Source: Haloarculaceae archaeon | GTDB taxonomy: Archaea; Halobacteriota; Halobacteria; Halobacteriales; Haloarculaceae | Direction of reading: 5' to 3' | Assembly (NCBI GenBank): GCA_042217375.1 | Contig: JBDGSV010000059.1 | Location: 1 to 59,901 of the forward strand | Length of the DNA stretch: 59,901 bases | In this document: piece after piece, positions 8,830 to 18,860 of the stretch | Layout of the letters: each line of letters starts with the position of its first letter | Position numbering within the stretch: the stretch's first letter is position 1 | Made by a program: the position numbers and the translations under genes | Notes under the pieces: generated by a model | What the model was told of the DNA's origin: nothing | Database searches by the model: none | The model's input: only the letters and a program-made list of their open reading frames with translations

Positions 8830-10083
8830 TTAGTCCGCCAGGTGCGCGAGGACGGCGTCGGTGTCGTTGGGGACCGGTTCGGGGTCGCTCCCGGCCGCAG
8901 CGGCCGCGTCGGGGTCTTTCAGCAGGTGACCGGTCGTCAGACAGACCACGTCCTCGTCGTCGCCGACGACGCCGGCGTCCCGGAGCTTCCGGAGCCCCGC
9001 GACCGAGGCGGCCGAGGCGGGTTCGACGCCCACGCCCTCGCCCGCGAGCGCGCGCTGGGCGTCGGTGATCTCGTCGTCGCTCACCGCGACCGCCGTGCCG
9101 CCCGTCTCCCGGATCCCGGGCAGCGCCTTGGGCGCGTTCACCGGGTTCCCGATGCGGATGGCGGTGGCGATGGTCTCGACCGACTCCCAGCGGCGGGTGT
9201 CCGCCCACCCCTCCTCGACGGCCTCGACCATCGGCGCCGCGCCCTCCGCCTGGACGCCGGTCAGCGCGGGCACCTCGTCGGGGGCGAGCGCGCCGCTCTC
9301 GACCAATTCCCGGAAGCACTTGTAGAGCGCCGCGGTGTTGCCCGCGTTCCCGACCGGGAGGACGATCCGGTCGGGGTACCGCCCCTCGTCGGCGTGGAAC
9401 CGTTCGAGGATCTCCAGGCCGATGGTCTTCTGGCCCTCCAGCCGGAAGGGATTCAGCGAGTTCAGCAGGTAGGCCTCGCCGCGGTCGGCGAGGTTCTGGA
9501 CGATGTCGAGGCAGGCGTCGAAGTTGCCGTCCACTTCCAGGATGCGCGCGCCGTGGAGGCTGGCCTGGGCGACCTTCCCGGCGGCGACCTTCCCGGCGGG
9601 CAGGAGGACGAGCGTCTCCAGGTCGGCGCGCGCGCCGTAGGCCGCCAGCGCCGCGCTGGTGTTGCCCGTCGAGGCGCAGGCCAGGCGGCCGACGCCGAGT
9701 TCCTGGGCGACCCGGACGCCGACAGTCATCCCTCTGTCCTTGAACGAGCCCGTGGGGTTCATCCCCTCGTGTTTGATCCGGAGCGAGCGGACGCCGACGG
9801 ACTCCTCCAGCCGGGGGACGTAGTGGAGCGGCGTCCCGCCCTCGGGGAGCGTGACGCCCTCCGCGAAGGGGAGGCCGGCGCTGTACCGCCAGACGCCCTC
9901 GCCGTCGAAGTCGTCCCACGTGGGGTAGGTCTCGTAGCGCGCCTCCAGGAGGCCGCCGCAGTCGGGACAGGTGTAGACCACGTCCGCGAAGGGCGCGAGG
10001 TCGTGACCGCACTCGATGCAGGTGAGCCAGACGCCGTCGGCGGCGACGGGCGGCACGTCCCGGGAGAGGTCGAGGTTCGCCAT
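8830..10083 (-). CDS. thrC: Threonine synthase
   Basis: Start re-set to the ATG at 10083 (MANLDLSRD...). N-terminal zinc ribbon (CIECG...CPDCGG), PLP-lysine motif [10 protein letters not shown], and [14 protein letters not shown]. Confidence 0.92.
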   Translation of the reverse strand: MANLDLSRDVPPVAADGVWLTCIECGHDLAPFADVVYTCPDCGGLLEARYETYPTWDDFDGEGVWRYSAGLPFAEGVTLPEGGTPLHYVPRLEESVGVRSLRIKHEGMNPTGSFKDRGMTVGVRVAQELGVGRLACASTGNTSAALAAYGARADLETLVLLPAGKVAAGKVAQASLHGARILEVDGNFDACLDIVQNLADRGEAYLLNSLNPFRLEGQKTIGLEILERFHADEGRYPDRIVLPVGNAGNTAALYKCFRELVESGALAPDEVPALTGVQAEGAAPMVEAVEEGWADTRRWESVETIATAIRIGNPVNAPKALPGIRETGGTAVAVSDDEITDAQRALAGEGVGVEPASAASVAGLRKLRDAGVVGDDEDVVCLTTGHLLKDPDAAAAAGSDPEPVPNDTDAVLAHLAD

Positions 10084-10175
10084 CGCCCGGGCGAACGGGT
10101 CACGCGTGGAAAAAGAGGCCGGTTCGCGCGCCGCGAATCGACGCCTTTCAGACCCCCGCGCGCGCACGTCGACGT

Positions 10176-10808
10176 ATGCTGGTCGCCTTCGACTTCGACG
10201 GGACGCTCTCGGACTCCGAGATGACGGTGCTGCTGGGACAGCAGTGCGGCGTCGCGGACGACATGGCCGAGATCACCGAGCGCGCGATGAACGACGAGAT
10301 CGACTACGCAACCAGCCTGCGCGAGCGCGCAGCGCTGCTGGCGGGCCTGCCGGACGAGCAGGCCCACCTCGCGTTCGACGCGGTCGAACTCCGGCCGGGC
10401 GCGGCCGACGTCGTCGCGGCGCTCCGGGCGGCCGGCGTCCACGTCGCCATCCTCACCGGCGGGTTCGACCGGGGCGTCCGGGCCGCCCTCGACCGGGAGG
10501 GCGTCGACGTCGACACGCTGGTCGCGAACCGGCTCCCCGTCGCGGACGGCGAACTCACCGGCGAGGTCGAGGGCCCGCTGATCGAGGGGACGAAAGACGA
10601 GGCGCTGGCCGACCTGGCCGCCGACCTGGGCGTCGACCTCTCGGAAACCGTCGCCGTCGGCGACGGCGCGAACGACCTCCCGATGCTGGAGGTGGCGGGG
10701 CTCGCGGTCGGCTACCGGCCGAAAGAGGCCGTCGCGCCCGCCTGCGACGAGGTCGTGACCTCCATGGACGAACTCGCGGCCCTGCTCGAAGCGGAGGGGC
10801 TGCTCTAG
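10176..10808 (+). CDS. serB: Phosphoserine phosphatase (HAD superfamily, SerB-like)
   Basis: 210 aa with HAD motif I DFDGTL and motif IV GDGANDLPML. Confidence 0.85.
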   Translation: MLVAFDFDGTLSDSEMTVLLGQQCGVADDMAEITERAMNDEIDYATSLRERAALLAGLPDEQAHLAFDAVELRPGAADVVAALRAAGVHVAILTGGFDRGVRAALDREGVDVDTLVANRLPVADGELTGEVEGPLIEGTKDEALADLAADLGVDLSETVAVGDGANDLPMLEVAGLAVGYRPKEAVAPACDEVVTSMDELAALLEAEGLL

Positions 10809-12097
10809 GTCGACCGCTCGATCGCCTGATCGAGGTCCGCGACGATGTCGTCGGGGTGTTCGAGCCCGACCGAGAGCCGGACCATGTCCGGCGTGACGCC
10901 GGCGTCCATCTGTTCCTCCTCGGTGAGCTGCTGGTGGGTCGTGCTGGCCGGGTGGATGACCAGCGTCTTCGCGTCGCCGACGTTCGCCAGCAGGCTGGCG
11001 AGTTCCGTGTTCTCGACGGTCCCCTTCGCGGCCTCGTAGCCGCCCGCCAGGCCGAAGGTGATCATGCCGCCGTAGCCGCCGTCGAGGTACTCCGTGGCCT
11101 CCGCGTGGGTCTCGTGGTCGGCCAGCCCCGGGTAGTTCACCCAGGACACGTCGGGGTGGTCCGCGAGGTGCTCAGCGACCTGCATGGCGTTCTCGCAGTG
11201 GCGCTCCATCCGCATCGGGAGGCTCTCGATGCCCTGGACGGTGAGCCAGGACCCGACCGGCGACTGCTGGTTCCCGAGGTCGCGCAGGCCGCGCGCGAGC
11301 GCCGCGTAGGTGAAGGCGGCCTCGCCGAAGCGCTCGGTGAAGTTCACGCCGTGGTAGGCGGGGTTGTCCTGTGCGATCTCCGGGTACTTCTCGGCGTGCT
11401 CGGCCCAGGGGAACGAGCCACCGTCGACCAGCACCCCGCCCACGGTGGTGCCGTGGCCGTGGAGCCACTTGGTGGTCGACTCCCACACCAGGTCCGCGCC
11501 GTGTTCGAGCGGCCGGCACAGCGCCGGCGTCGCGAACGTGTTGTCGACCAGCAGCGGGACGCCGTTGTCGTGGGCGACGTCCGCCAGCCGCTCCAGGTCC
11601 GGCGTCACCAGCGCCGGGTTGCCGATGGTCTCGCAGTGGACGTAGGCGGTGTCCTCGTCGATGGCCGACTCGTAGGCGTCGTAGTCGAGGGTGTCGACGA
11701 ACCGGGCCTCGACGCCGCGCCGGGGCGCAGTGTGCGAGAAGTAGGTGTAGGTGCCGCCGTACAGCGAGGAGGCGGAGACGACGTTGTCGCCGACGCCCGC
11801 CAGCATGAACGTTGCGAGGTTGAGCGCGGCCATCCCGGAGGCCGTCGCGAGCGCGCCGACGCCGCCCTCCAGGGTCGCCATGCGCCCCTCGAGCGTGGCG
11901 TTCGTCGGGTTCATCAGCCGCGTGTAGATGTTGCCCGGTTCTTCGAGCGCGAACAGGCGCGCAGCGTGGTCTGCGTCCTCGAACACGTAGGAGGTGGTCT
12001 GGTAGATGGGCGGTGCGCGCGACCCGGTCGTGGGGTCGGGCTCCTGGCCGGCGTGGAGCGCGTTCGTCTCGAGGTGGCGGTCGGAGTCCTCTGTCAT
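10805..12097 (-). CDS. metY: O-acetylhomoserine sulfhydrylase (PLP-dependent, Cys/Met metabolism family), copy 1
   Basis: 430 aa with TTSYVF, NPTNATLE and [11 protein letters not shown] (PLP lysine). Paralog of 13708..14991. Confidence 0.92.
   Translation of the reverse strand: MTEDSDRHLETNALHAGQEPDPTTGSRAPPIYQTTSYVFEDADHAARLFALEEPGNIYTRLMNPTNATLEGRMATLEGGVGALATASGMAALNLATFMLAGVGDNVVSASSLYGGTYTYFSHTAPRRGVEARFVDTLDYDAYESAIDEDTAYVHCETIGNPALVTPDLERLADVAHDNGVPLLVDNTFATPALCRPLEHGADLVWESTTKWLHGHGTTVGGVLVDGGSFPWAEHAEKYPEIAQDNPAYHGVNFTERFGEAAFTYAALARGLRDLGNQQSPVGSWLTVQGIESLPMRMERHCENAMQVAEHLADHPDVSWVNYPGLADHETHAEATEYLDGGYGGMITFGLAGGYEAAKGTVENTELASLLANVGDAKTLVIHPASTTHQQLTEEEQMDAGVTPDMVRLSVGLEHPDDIVADLDQAIERST
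11378..11719. repeat. 342-bp tract identical to 14272..14613 (inside metY copy 1)
   Basis: Boundaries found by reading both copies base by base; the offset is 2,894 nt. Off-frame ORFs 11364..11645 vs 14135..14539 and 11371..11808 vs 14262..14660 have identical translations across it. Confidence 0.9.
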
Positions 12098-12245
12098 GGC
12101 TCACGTGCAGGTGGACCCTCGCCCGACATGAACGTGGGGGTCCGGGCAGCACCGGGACGCGAGCCACGATACGCGGCAATTTTTGCACGGGGCGCGCCGA
12201 CCGTCTGACGCCGTTTTTTGCCGCGCGCAGCCGTCCCCGCCGTCG

Positions 12246-12482
12246 ATGCGCGTCATCGACCGGGGGCTGGCCGTGCCCCGTCGTCTCGCCCGCTGGACGA
12301 GCGACCACCCGTTCCGGACCGCCGGCGGCGTCGCCGCCGCCGCCGCACTCGGCGTGCTGTGGCTGTCGCTGCCTCCGACCGCGCTGGCGACGCCGGCCGG
12401 CGCCGTCGCGGCGCTGCTCGCCCGGCCGGCCTACCTGGCGGCGGTGCTCGCGGGCCTGGGGCTCCTGCTGGTCGGGCGCTGA
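12246..12482 (+). CDS. Small predicted membrane protein (2 TM)
   Basis: ORF 12183..12482 trimmed to the ATG at 12246 (MRVIDRGL...). Two hydrophobic stretches. No family recognised; in a GC-rich genome this could be spurious. Confidence 0.4.
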   Translation: MRVIDRGLAVPRRLARWTSDHPFRTAGGVAAAAALGVLWLSLPPTALATPAGAVAALLARPAYLAAVLAGLGLLLVGR

Positions 12483-12487
12483 GACGG

Positions 12488-13711
12488 TCAGTCCGAGAAG
12501 AGGCTGTTGTGGACGGGGGCGAACTCCCGGTCGTCGTCCTCGCGGGTGTCGTGGACGGCCGTGCCCGCGACGCCGTCGGCCAGGAAGTCCGCGATGGGGG
12601 GCCCGAGCTTGTCCGGCTCGACGAGGAAGGCGTCGTGGCCGTGGTCGGACTCGATGACGTGGTGGGCGGTCCGGTTCGCGGAGCCGGCGTCGCGGAGCGA
12701 CTCGGCGAGCGACTCGGCCTGTTCGACGGTGAAGTGCCAGTCGCCGGTGAACGAGACGACGAGCGCCTCGCCCTCGAAGGCCGCGAGCGCCTCGGCGTCG
12801 TCCTCGTAGCCGGCCGCGAGGTCGTAGTTGTCCATCGCGCGCGTGAGATAGAGGTAGGAGTTGGCGTCGAAGCGGTCGACGAACTTCTCGGCCTGGTAGT
12901 CGAGGTAGGACTCGACGTCGCGGTAGGGGAAGAACCCGGCCGCGGGGTCCATCGGGAAGGTGTCGCGGCCGGCGTCCCGCCCGGCGGCGCGGCGGCCGAA
13001 CTTCTGTTCCATCGAGTCCTTCGAGAGGTACATCACGTGCCCGAGCTGCCGGGCGATGGCCAGCCCCTGCCGCGGGTCGGGGTGGTCCTCGCCGTAGTAG
13101 TCGCCGCCGTCCCAGTTCGGGTCGGTGGTGATGGCCCGCCGGGCGATGGCCTCCAGGGCGAGACACTGCGGGTCGAGGCGCGCCGCGGTCGCGACCGGGA
13201 CGACGCGGTCGACGTGGTCGGGGTGGCGCTTGGCCCACTCCAGGACGTTCATCCCGCCCACGGAGCCGCCGACGACCGCGTGCAGGTGGGGGACGCCGAG
13301 GTGGTCGAGCAACGCGCGCTGGGCGCGGGTCCAGTCGGCAACCGTCACGGCCGGGAAGTCCGTCCCGTAGGGCTCGCCCGTCTCGGGGTGGGCCGCCGCC
13401 GGCCCGGACGAGCCGTAGCAGGACCCGGGGACGTTCACGCAGACGACGTAGTACTCGGTGGTGTCGATCGCTTTGCCGGGGCCGACGATGTCGTCCCACC
13501 AGGCGCGGGCCTGTCCGCTGGTGCCCTGGTCGCGGCGGCCGCCCGCGACGTGTGCGCTCCCGGTGAGGGCGTGGCAGACGAGGACCGCGTTGTCGCCGGT
13601 GAACTCCCCGTAGCTCTCGTAGGCCAGCCGGAGGTCGGGGACGGCTTCGCCGCACTCGAACCGGAACTCGCCGAGCGAGACGGCGTCCCGCTCGGTGGGG
13701 GCGTCGGTCAC
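12488..13711 (-). CDS. metX: Homoserine O-acetyltransferase
   Basis: 407 aa alpha/beta hydrolase with MetX hallmarks ([22 protein letters not shown] nucleophile elbow). The GTG start overlaps the metY copy 2 stop by 4 nt (GTGA). Confidence 0.92.
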   Translation of the reverse strand: MTDAPTERDAVSLGEFRFECGEAVPDLRLAYESYGEFTGDNAVLVCHALTGSAHVAGGRRDQGTSGQARAWWDDIVGPGKAIDTTEYYVVCVNVPGSCYGSSGPAAAHPETGEPYGTDFPAVTVADWTRAQRALLDHLGVPHLHAVVGGSVGGMNVLEWAKRHPDHVDRVVPVATAARLDPQCLALEAIARRAITTDPNWDGGDYYGEDHPDPRQGLAIARQLGHVMYLSKDSMEQKFGRRAAGRDAGRDTFPMDPAAGFFPYRDVESYLDYQAEKFVDRFDANSYLYLTRAMDNYDLAAGYEDDAEALAAFEGEALVVSFTGDWHFTVEQAESLAESLRDAGSANRTAHHVIESDHGHDAFLVEPDKLGPPIADFLADGVAGTAVHDTREDDDREFAPVHNSLFSD

Positions 13712-14991
13712 GCGATCGCCCCCGCGAGGTCCGCGATCACGTCGTCGACGTCCTCGATCCCGACCGACAGGCGGACGAGGTCCGGCGACACCCCGGAGGC
13801 GCGCTGGTCGGCCTCGCTCAACTGGGCGTGGGTCGTGCTGGCCGGGTGGATGACCAGCGTCTTCGCGTCGCCGATGTTGGCGAGAAACTGCGCGAGGTCG
13901 GTCTCCTCACAGAGGCGCCGGCCGGCCTCGTAGCCGCCCGCCAGGCCGAAGGTGACCATGCCGCCGTAGCCGCCGTCGAGGTACTCCGTGGCCTCCGCGT
14001 GGGTCTCGTGGTCGGCCAGTCCCGGGTAGTTCACCCAGGACACGTCGGGGTGGTCGGCCAGGAACTCCGCGACCCGCCGGGCGTTCTCGCAGTGGCGCTC
14101 CATCCGGAGCGAGAGCGTCTCCAGGCCCTGGAGGGTGGCCCAGGCGTCGAACGGAGACTGCTGGTCGCCGAGCGAGCGGAGCGCGCGGTGCCGGGCGGCC
14201 ATCTCGAACCCGCGGTCCCCGAACCGCTCGGCGAAGGTCGTCCCGTGGAACGCCGGGTTCGGTGCGCCCACCTCCGGGTACTTCTCGGCGTGCTCGGCCC
14301 AGGGGAACGAGCCACCGTCGACCAGCACCCCGCCCACGGTGGTGCCGTGGCCGTGGAGCCACTTGGTGGTCGACTCCCACACCAGGTCCGCGCCGTGTTC
14401 GAGCGGCCGGCACAGCGCCGGCGTCGCGAACGTGTTGTCGACCAGCAGCGGGACGCCGTTGTCGTGGGCGACGTCCGCCAGCCGCTCCAGGTCCGGCGTC
14501 ACCAGCGCCGGGTTGCCGATGGTCTCGCAGTGGACGTAGGCGGTGTCCTCGTCGATGGCCGACTCGTAGGCGTCGTAGTCGAGGGTGTCGACGAACCGGG
14601 CCTCGACGCCGCGGCGCGCGGCCGTGTGCGAGAGGTAGGCGTGGGTCCCGCCGTAGATAGACGAGGCGGAGACGACGTTGTCGCCCGCGGCGGCGAGCAC
14701 GAGCGTGGCGGCGTCGAGCGCGGCCATCCCGGCGGCCGTCGCGAGCGCGCCCGTCCCCCCCTCCAGGTCGGCGAGCCGTCGCTCCAGGGCCGCCGTGGTC
14801 GGGTTGCTGATGCGAGAGTAGATGTAGTCCTCGGCCTCCAGCGCGTAGAGGTCGGCGGCCGTCTCGGCGTCGTCGAACACGTACGACGTGGTCTGGTGGA
14901 TGGCCGGCGCCCGCGCGCCCGTCTCGGGGTCCGGGCTGTGACCGGCGTGGACGCACCGGGTGCCGAAGCCCCACGTCCCGTCGTCGCTCAT
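13708..14991 (-). CDS. metY: O-acetylhomoserine sulfhydrylase, copy 2
   Basis: 427 aa with the same family motifs as copy 1. Translationally coupled to metX. Confidence 0.92.
   Translation of the reverse strand: MSDDGTWGFGTRCVHAGHSPDPETGARAPAIHQTTSYVFDDAETAADLYALEAEDYIYSRISNPTTAALERRLADLEGGTGALATAAGMAALDAATLVLAAAGDNVVSASSIYGGTHAYLSHTAARRGVEARFVDTLDYDAYESAIDEDTAYVHCETIGNPALVTPDLERLADVAHDNGVPLLVDNTFATPALCRPLEHGADLVWESTTKWLHGHGTTVGGVLVDGGSFPWAEHAEKYPEVGAPNPAFHGTTFAERFGDRGFEMAARHRALRSLGDQQSPFDAWATLQGLETLSLRMERHCENARRVAEFLADHPDVSWVNYPGLADHETHAEATEYLDGGYGGMVTFGLAGGYEAGRRLCEETDLAQFLANIGDAKTLVIHPASTTHAQLSEADQRASGVSPDLVRLSVGIEDVDDVIADLAGAIA
14272..14613. repeat. 342-bp tract identical to 11378..11719 (inside metY copy 2)
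   Basis: See 11378..11719. Confidence 0.9.
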
Positions 14992-15120
14992 GTTTGAGAC
15001 TCATATATCCCCACGTTTCTATAACCACCAGTTACGGCAAGTATCTCCGCGCCACCGCGTGGCACGGGCGGCCGCGGAGGCGCCGGAAGATTTCTGTCCG
15101 CCGACCGCGTCGTCTGCGCC

Positions 15121-15978
15121 GTGCGCGTCGTCTGTGCCGGGCACGTCAACTGGGACGTGACGCTGTTCGTCGACCGGGTTCCGACGCCCGAGGTCGAGAC
15201 CCGCATCGAGCGACGGCACCAGTCGGGGGGAGGGAGCGCGGCGAACGTCGCGGTGGCGCTCTGTGCGCTGGGCGAACCCGCCGGACTGATCGGGAGCGTC
15301 GGCGACGACGAACACGGCCTGTTCGCCCGCCGCTCGCTGGCCGACGCGGGCGTCGACCTCGGCGGCGTCCGCGTCGTGCCCGGCGACACGGCGGTCAAGT
15401 ACCTCCTCGTCCCGGCCGACGGCGACGTCTGCGTCATGGGGACCGGGGGCGCGAACGAGCGCGTCCGCCCGGCGGACGTCGACCCCGACTACGTCGCCCG
15501 CGCGGACCACTGTCACCTGACCAGTCAGCGACCGGCGACGGCGAGCCGGCTGGCCGCGCTCGCCGACGACGCGGGCGCGACGGTGAGCTTCGACCCGGGG
15601 CGCCGGGCCGCGGACCGGGACTACGGCGCGGTGTACGACCGCGCGGACCTGCTGTTCGTCAACGAGCACGAGGCCGCCGCCGTCCCGACCGGGACGGACG
15701 CCGTCGTCGTCACCAAGTACGGCGGCGCGGGCGCGAGCGCCCGGGCGGACGGGGCGACCGTCGACCACCCGGGCTACGGCGTCGACCCCGTCGACACGGC
15801 CGGCGCCGGGGACGCCTTCGCGGCCGGCTTCCTCGCGGCCTGGCTCGACGGCGCCGACCTGCGAGGAGCGCTCGCGACCGGGAACGCCTGCGGCGCCGTC
15901 GCCGCGCGCCACGAGGGCGCACAGGTCCGACTCGACCCCGCGGCCGTCCGGACGCTGCGCGACGAGGGCGGCCGCTGA
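15121..15978 (+). CDS. PfkB/ribokinase-family sugar(-phosphate) kinase
   Basis: 285 aa, GTG start. N-terminal GGSAANVAVAL and C-terminal DTAGAGDAFAAGF (PfkB signature 2). Confidence 0.88.
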   Translation: MRVVCAGHVNWDVTLFVDRVPTPEVETRIERRHQSGGGSAANVAVALCALGEPAGLIGSVGDDEHGLFARRSLADAGVDLGGVRVVPGDTAVKYLLVPADGDVCVMGTGGANERVRPADVDPDYVARADHCHLTSQRPATASRLAALADDAGATVSFDPGRRAADRDYGAVYDRADLLFVNEHEAAAVPTGTDAVVVTKYGGAGASARADGATVDHPGYGVDPVDTAGAGDAFAAGFLAAWLDGADLRGALATGNACGAVAARHEGAQVRLDPAAVRTLRDEGGR

Positions 15979-16015
15979 CCGGCCCGCTTTTGGCCCCGGG
16001 GCCGGTCTCGCCACC

Positions 16016-16738
16016 ATGGCGAAACAGCCCCACATCCTCTGTGAGGCGGGCGACGTGACGGACGTGGCGCTCCTGCCGGGCGATCCCGGGCGCGTCGGGC
16101 GCATCGCGGACCGCTGCGAGTCCGTCGAGGAGGTGTCGCAGAACCGGGAGTACCGCGTGGTGAACGCCGAGTACCGGGGCCGGCCGCTGACCGTCTGCTC
16201 GACGGGCATCGGGAGTCCGTCGGCCGCGATCGCGGTCGAGGAACTGGCCGCCGTGGGCGTCGAGACGTTCGTCCGCGTCGGGACGACCGGTGCGCTCCAG
16301 CGCGGCGTCGAGATCGGCGACATGGTCGTCGCGACCGGCGCCGCCAAGGACGAGGGGACGACCCGGCGCTACGAGGCCGCGACGGTGCCTGCCGTCCCGG
16401 ACTACGCGGTGCTCTCGGCGCTCGTCGACGCGGCGGAGGCCAACGACGAGGCCGTCCACGTCGGACCGGTCGCGACCGACGACGCCTTCTACGCCGAGGG
16501 GCCCTACGTCGACGACTGGGAGCAGGCGGGCCTGCTCGCCGTCGAGATGGAGGCGGCGGCCATCTTCACGCTCGCGCGCCGCAGGGGGCTGCGCGCCGGC
16601 GCGATCTGCACCGTCGACGGCAATCTCGTCGAGGGTACCCAGAAAGGCGAGACGGAGGCCGAGGAGCTGCCGCCGAAGGCACGCGACAACGTCGAGCGCG
16701 CCATCGAGATCGCGCTGACCGCCGCGGCGTCGCTCTAA
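16016..16738 (+). CDS. Nucleoside phosphorylase (PNP/UDP family 1, uridine/purine nucleoside phosphorylase-like)
   Basis: 240 aa with LLPGDPGR, STGIGSPSAAIAVEEL and VEMEAAAIF motifs. Confidence 0.88.
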   Translation: MAKQPHILCEAGDVTDVALLPGDPGRVGRIADRCESVEEVSQNREYRVVNAEYRGRPLTVCSTGIGSPSAAIAVEELAAVGVETFVRVGTTGALQRGVEIGDMVVATGAAKDEGTTRRYEAATVPAVPDYAVLSALVDAAEANDEAVHVGPVATDDAFYAEGPYVDDWEQAGLLAVEMEAAAIFTLARRRGLRAGAICTVDGNLVEGTQKGETEAEELPPKARDNVERAIEIALTAAASL

Positions 16739-16776
16739 CTGAAACGCTTTTCTCGCCCGATTCGCTACGCAGGCCC

Positions 16777-18312
16777 ATGTTCGACGACCTGGTCGGACGG
16801 TATCGCGCCTACCGGCGGCGGATCGAGCGGATCCGTCGCCGGGAGATCCGCGAGTTCCGCGCCTGGGTCGAGAACACGCAGAACCTGGTCCACCTCTCGG
16901 TCCTCCTGCTCCTGCCGCTGGTGATCGGGGTGGTGACCGCGCTCTCGAACGCGATCGAGGCCCTGCCGTTCCTCCTGTTCCCGCCCCTGGCGTCGGGGAC
17001 GTACACGCTGTTCGCCCACCCGGAGGAGAAGTACGCCTCTCCGCGGCGGTTCGTCGGCGGCATCACGGCCGGGGCCGTCTGTGGCTGGCTCGCGCTGGAG
17101 TTCTCCGCCCGGTTCTGGTACCGCGTGGACCCCTCGGCGTTCCAGGTCCACGCCGGCGCGGCCGCCTTCAGCATCTTCCTCACCGGCCTGGTCACGTGGG
17201 CGCTCGACGTCCAGGAGCCGACCGCCTTCTCCAGCGCCCTGCTCGTGCTCGCGACGGACGTCATCGAGCAGGGGTCGTCCTCGATCGAGCTGTTCGGCAC
17301 CGCACTTTCGCTCCCCACGCTGTTCGTGCTGAACGTCTTCCTCTACACGTCGCTGGTCGCGATCGTCTTCGTCGTCTGGCGCGACCACTTCTACGAGCGC
17401 CGGGCGCGCTTTCTCTACCAGTCCACCAAGGGCGGCGACCACGTGCTGGTCCCCATGCGCGGCGAGAACCCGGAGCCGACCGCCATGCTGGCCGCGCGGC
17501 TGGCGGCCGCCCACGACGCCGGGAAGGTCGTCCTCCTCGACGTGGTCGACCGGACGGACGTGACGGCGACCGAGGCCGAACTCCGCGCCGAGCGCGTGGC
17601 CGACCGCGTGGAGACGGTGCGCGGACCCGTCGTGGACGGCGGAGACGCGTCACTCACCGACCGGGCGGAGGACCTGGCGGCCTCGACGGCCGCCTCGGCG
17701 CTGGAGACCCAGGCCCGGCGCATCGAGACGAGCGTCGGCGTCCCCTGCGAGGTCGTCGTCGCCGTGGCGGGCCAGGACCCGGCCGCCGCGACTATCCAGA
17801 CCGCCCGGGAGACGAACTGCGACCTCATCTGCACCCCCTACGAGACCCGCTACGGCGCGCTAGCGCCGTTCGTCCGCGAACTGTTCGCCGGCCCGACCGA
17901 CGTGCTCGTCCACCGCTCGGCCGACGGCCGCCTCCGCTGGAAGCGAGTCCTGGTGCCGGTCCGGCGGGCCGGGAACATCGCGCACAGCATGATCGACTTC
18001 GCGCTCCGCCTCGTCGGACAGACCGGCCGGATCAGCGTCTGTCACTGCATCACCGGCGAGAACCAGCGGCGGCGGGCAGAGCGGATGCTCGCGGACCTCG
18101 TCGAGACGTTCGAGGGCAACGTCGAGACCCGGGTGGCGCGCATGGACATCGAGGACTTCCTCGACGCCACCGCCGACCAGTACGACCTCGTCATCATCGG
18201 CGCCTCCATGGACCGGACCGCGGCCTCGCGGTTCATCTCGCCACCCACCTTCGAGCGCATCCAGGACGTGAACACCGACGTCGCCATCCTCGACCGGAAC
18301 TACCCGGCGTAG
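16777..18312 (+). CDS. HPP-family membrane domain fused to tandem universal stress protein (USP) domains
   Basis: 511 aa. The N-terminal ~200 aa are multi-TM with HPP-like segments. The C-terminal half has two USP-like alpha/beta units (VLVPMRGENP..., VLVPVRRAGN...). Confidence 0.8.
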   Translation: MFDDLVGRYRAYRRRIERIRRREIREFRAWVENTQNLVHLSVLLLLPLVIGVVTALSNAIEALPFLLFPPLASGTYTLFAHPEEKYASPRRFVGGITAGAVCGWLALEFSARFWYRVDPSAFQVHAGAAAFSIFLTGLVTWALDVQEPTAFSSALLVLATDVIEQGSSSIELFGTALSLPTLFVLNVFLYTSLVAIVFVVWRDHFYERRARFLYQSTKGGDHVLVPMRGENPEPTAMLAARLAAAHDAGKVVLLDVVDRTDVTATEAELRAERVADRVETVRGPVVDGGDASLTDRAEDLAASTAASALETQARRIETSVGVPCEVVVAVAGQDPAAATIQTARETNCDLICTPYETRYGALAPFVRELFAGPTDVLVHRSADGRLRWKRVLVPVRRAGNIAHSMIDFALRLVGQTGRISVCHCITGENQRRRAERMLADLVETFEGNVETRVARMDIEDFLDATADQYDLVIIGASMDRTAASRFISPPTFERIQDVNTDVAILDRNYPA

Positions 18313-18398
18313 CGTAGTCCATCGCGCGCGCACGCGTGTCACGGCGGCACGCGTGCCCCGGACGAGCCCTTTTGGTCCTCGCGGCCGTCACTCCACCC

Positions 18399-18860
18399 AT
18401 GACGGCGACCCCCGCCGACGCGCCGGATCGCGAACGCGGCCCCGACGAGGCGTTCTGTCGCAACTGCGGCGCGATCATCAGCGACGCAGCCGAGATCTGC
18501 CCGGAGTGCGGCGTCCGCCAGCGGCCCCCGCCGACGTCGTCGGTCGACAGCGCGGTCCAGGACCTCCTGGACGGCGGCAACCCCTTCGTCGCGGCCGTCC
18601 TCTCCGCGCTCCTCCCCGGCCTCGGGCAGATATACAACCGGGAGATCGAGCGCGGGATCGCGTTCATCGTCGCGAGCTTCGTCGCCCTCCTGTCGACGCT
18701 CCTGCTCGTCGGGTTCGTGCTCTACCCGCTCGTCTGGCTCTACGCCATCTACGACGCCTACACCCGGGCCGAGCGCCGGAACGAGAGCGACGAAGCGACC
18801 GGCGAACCAGCCAACGAGACGGCCGACGACGCCAGCGAGGCGACCGACGAGCGAGACTGA
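18399..18860 (+). CDS. Zinc-ribbon domain membrane protein
   Basis: Start set to the ATG at 18399. Zinc ribbon CRNCG...CPECG, then PGLGQIYNREIERG and TM helices, then an acidic tail. Confidence 0.7.
   Translation: MTATPADAPDRERGPDEAFCRNCGAIISDAAEICPECGVRQRPPPTSSVDSAVQDLLDGGNPFVAAVLSALLPGLGQIYNREIERGIAFIVASFVALLSTLLLVGFVLYPLVWLYAIYDAYTRAERRNESDEATGEPANETADDASEATDERD

Noticed and set aside
12098-12245. Possible riboswitch or leader upstream of metY copy 1, with hairpin GGACCC...GGGTCC.
   Set aside because: It is only a single 6-bp stem. I could see no similarity to SAM or other riboswitch cores, and the equivalent region upstream of metY copy 2 (14992-15120) is unrelated and simply AT-rich promoter-like.
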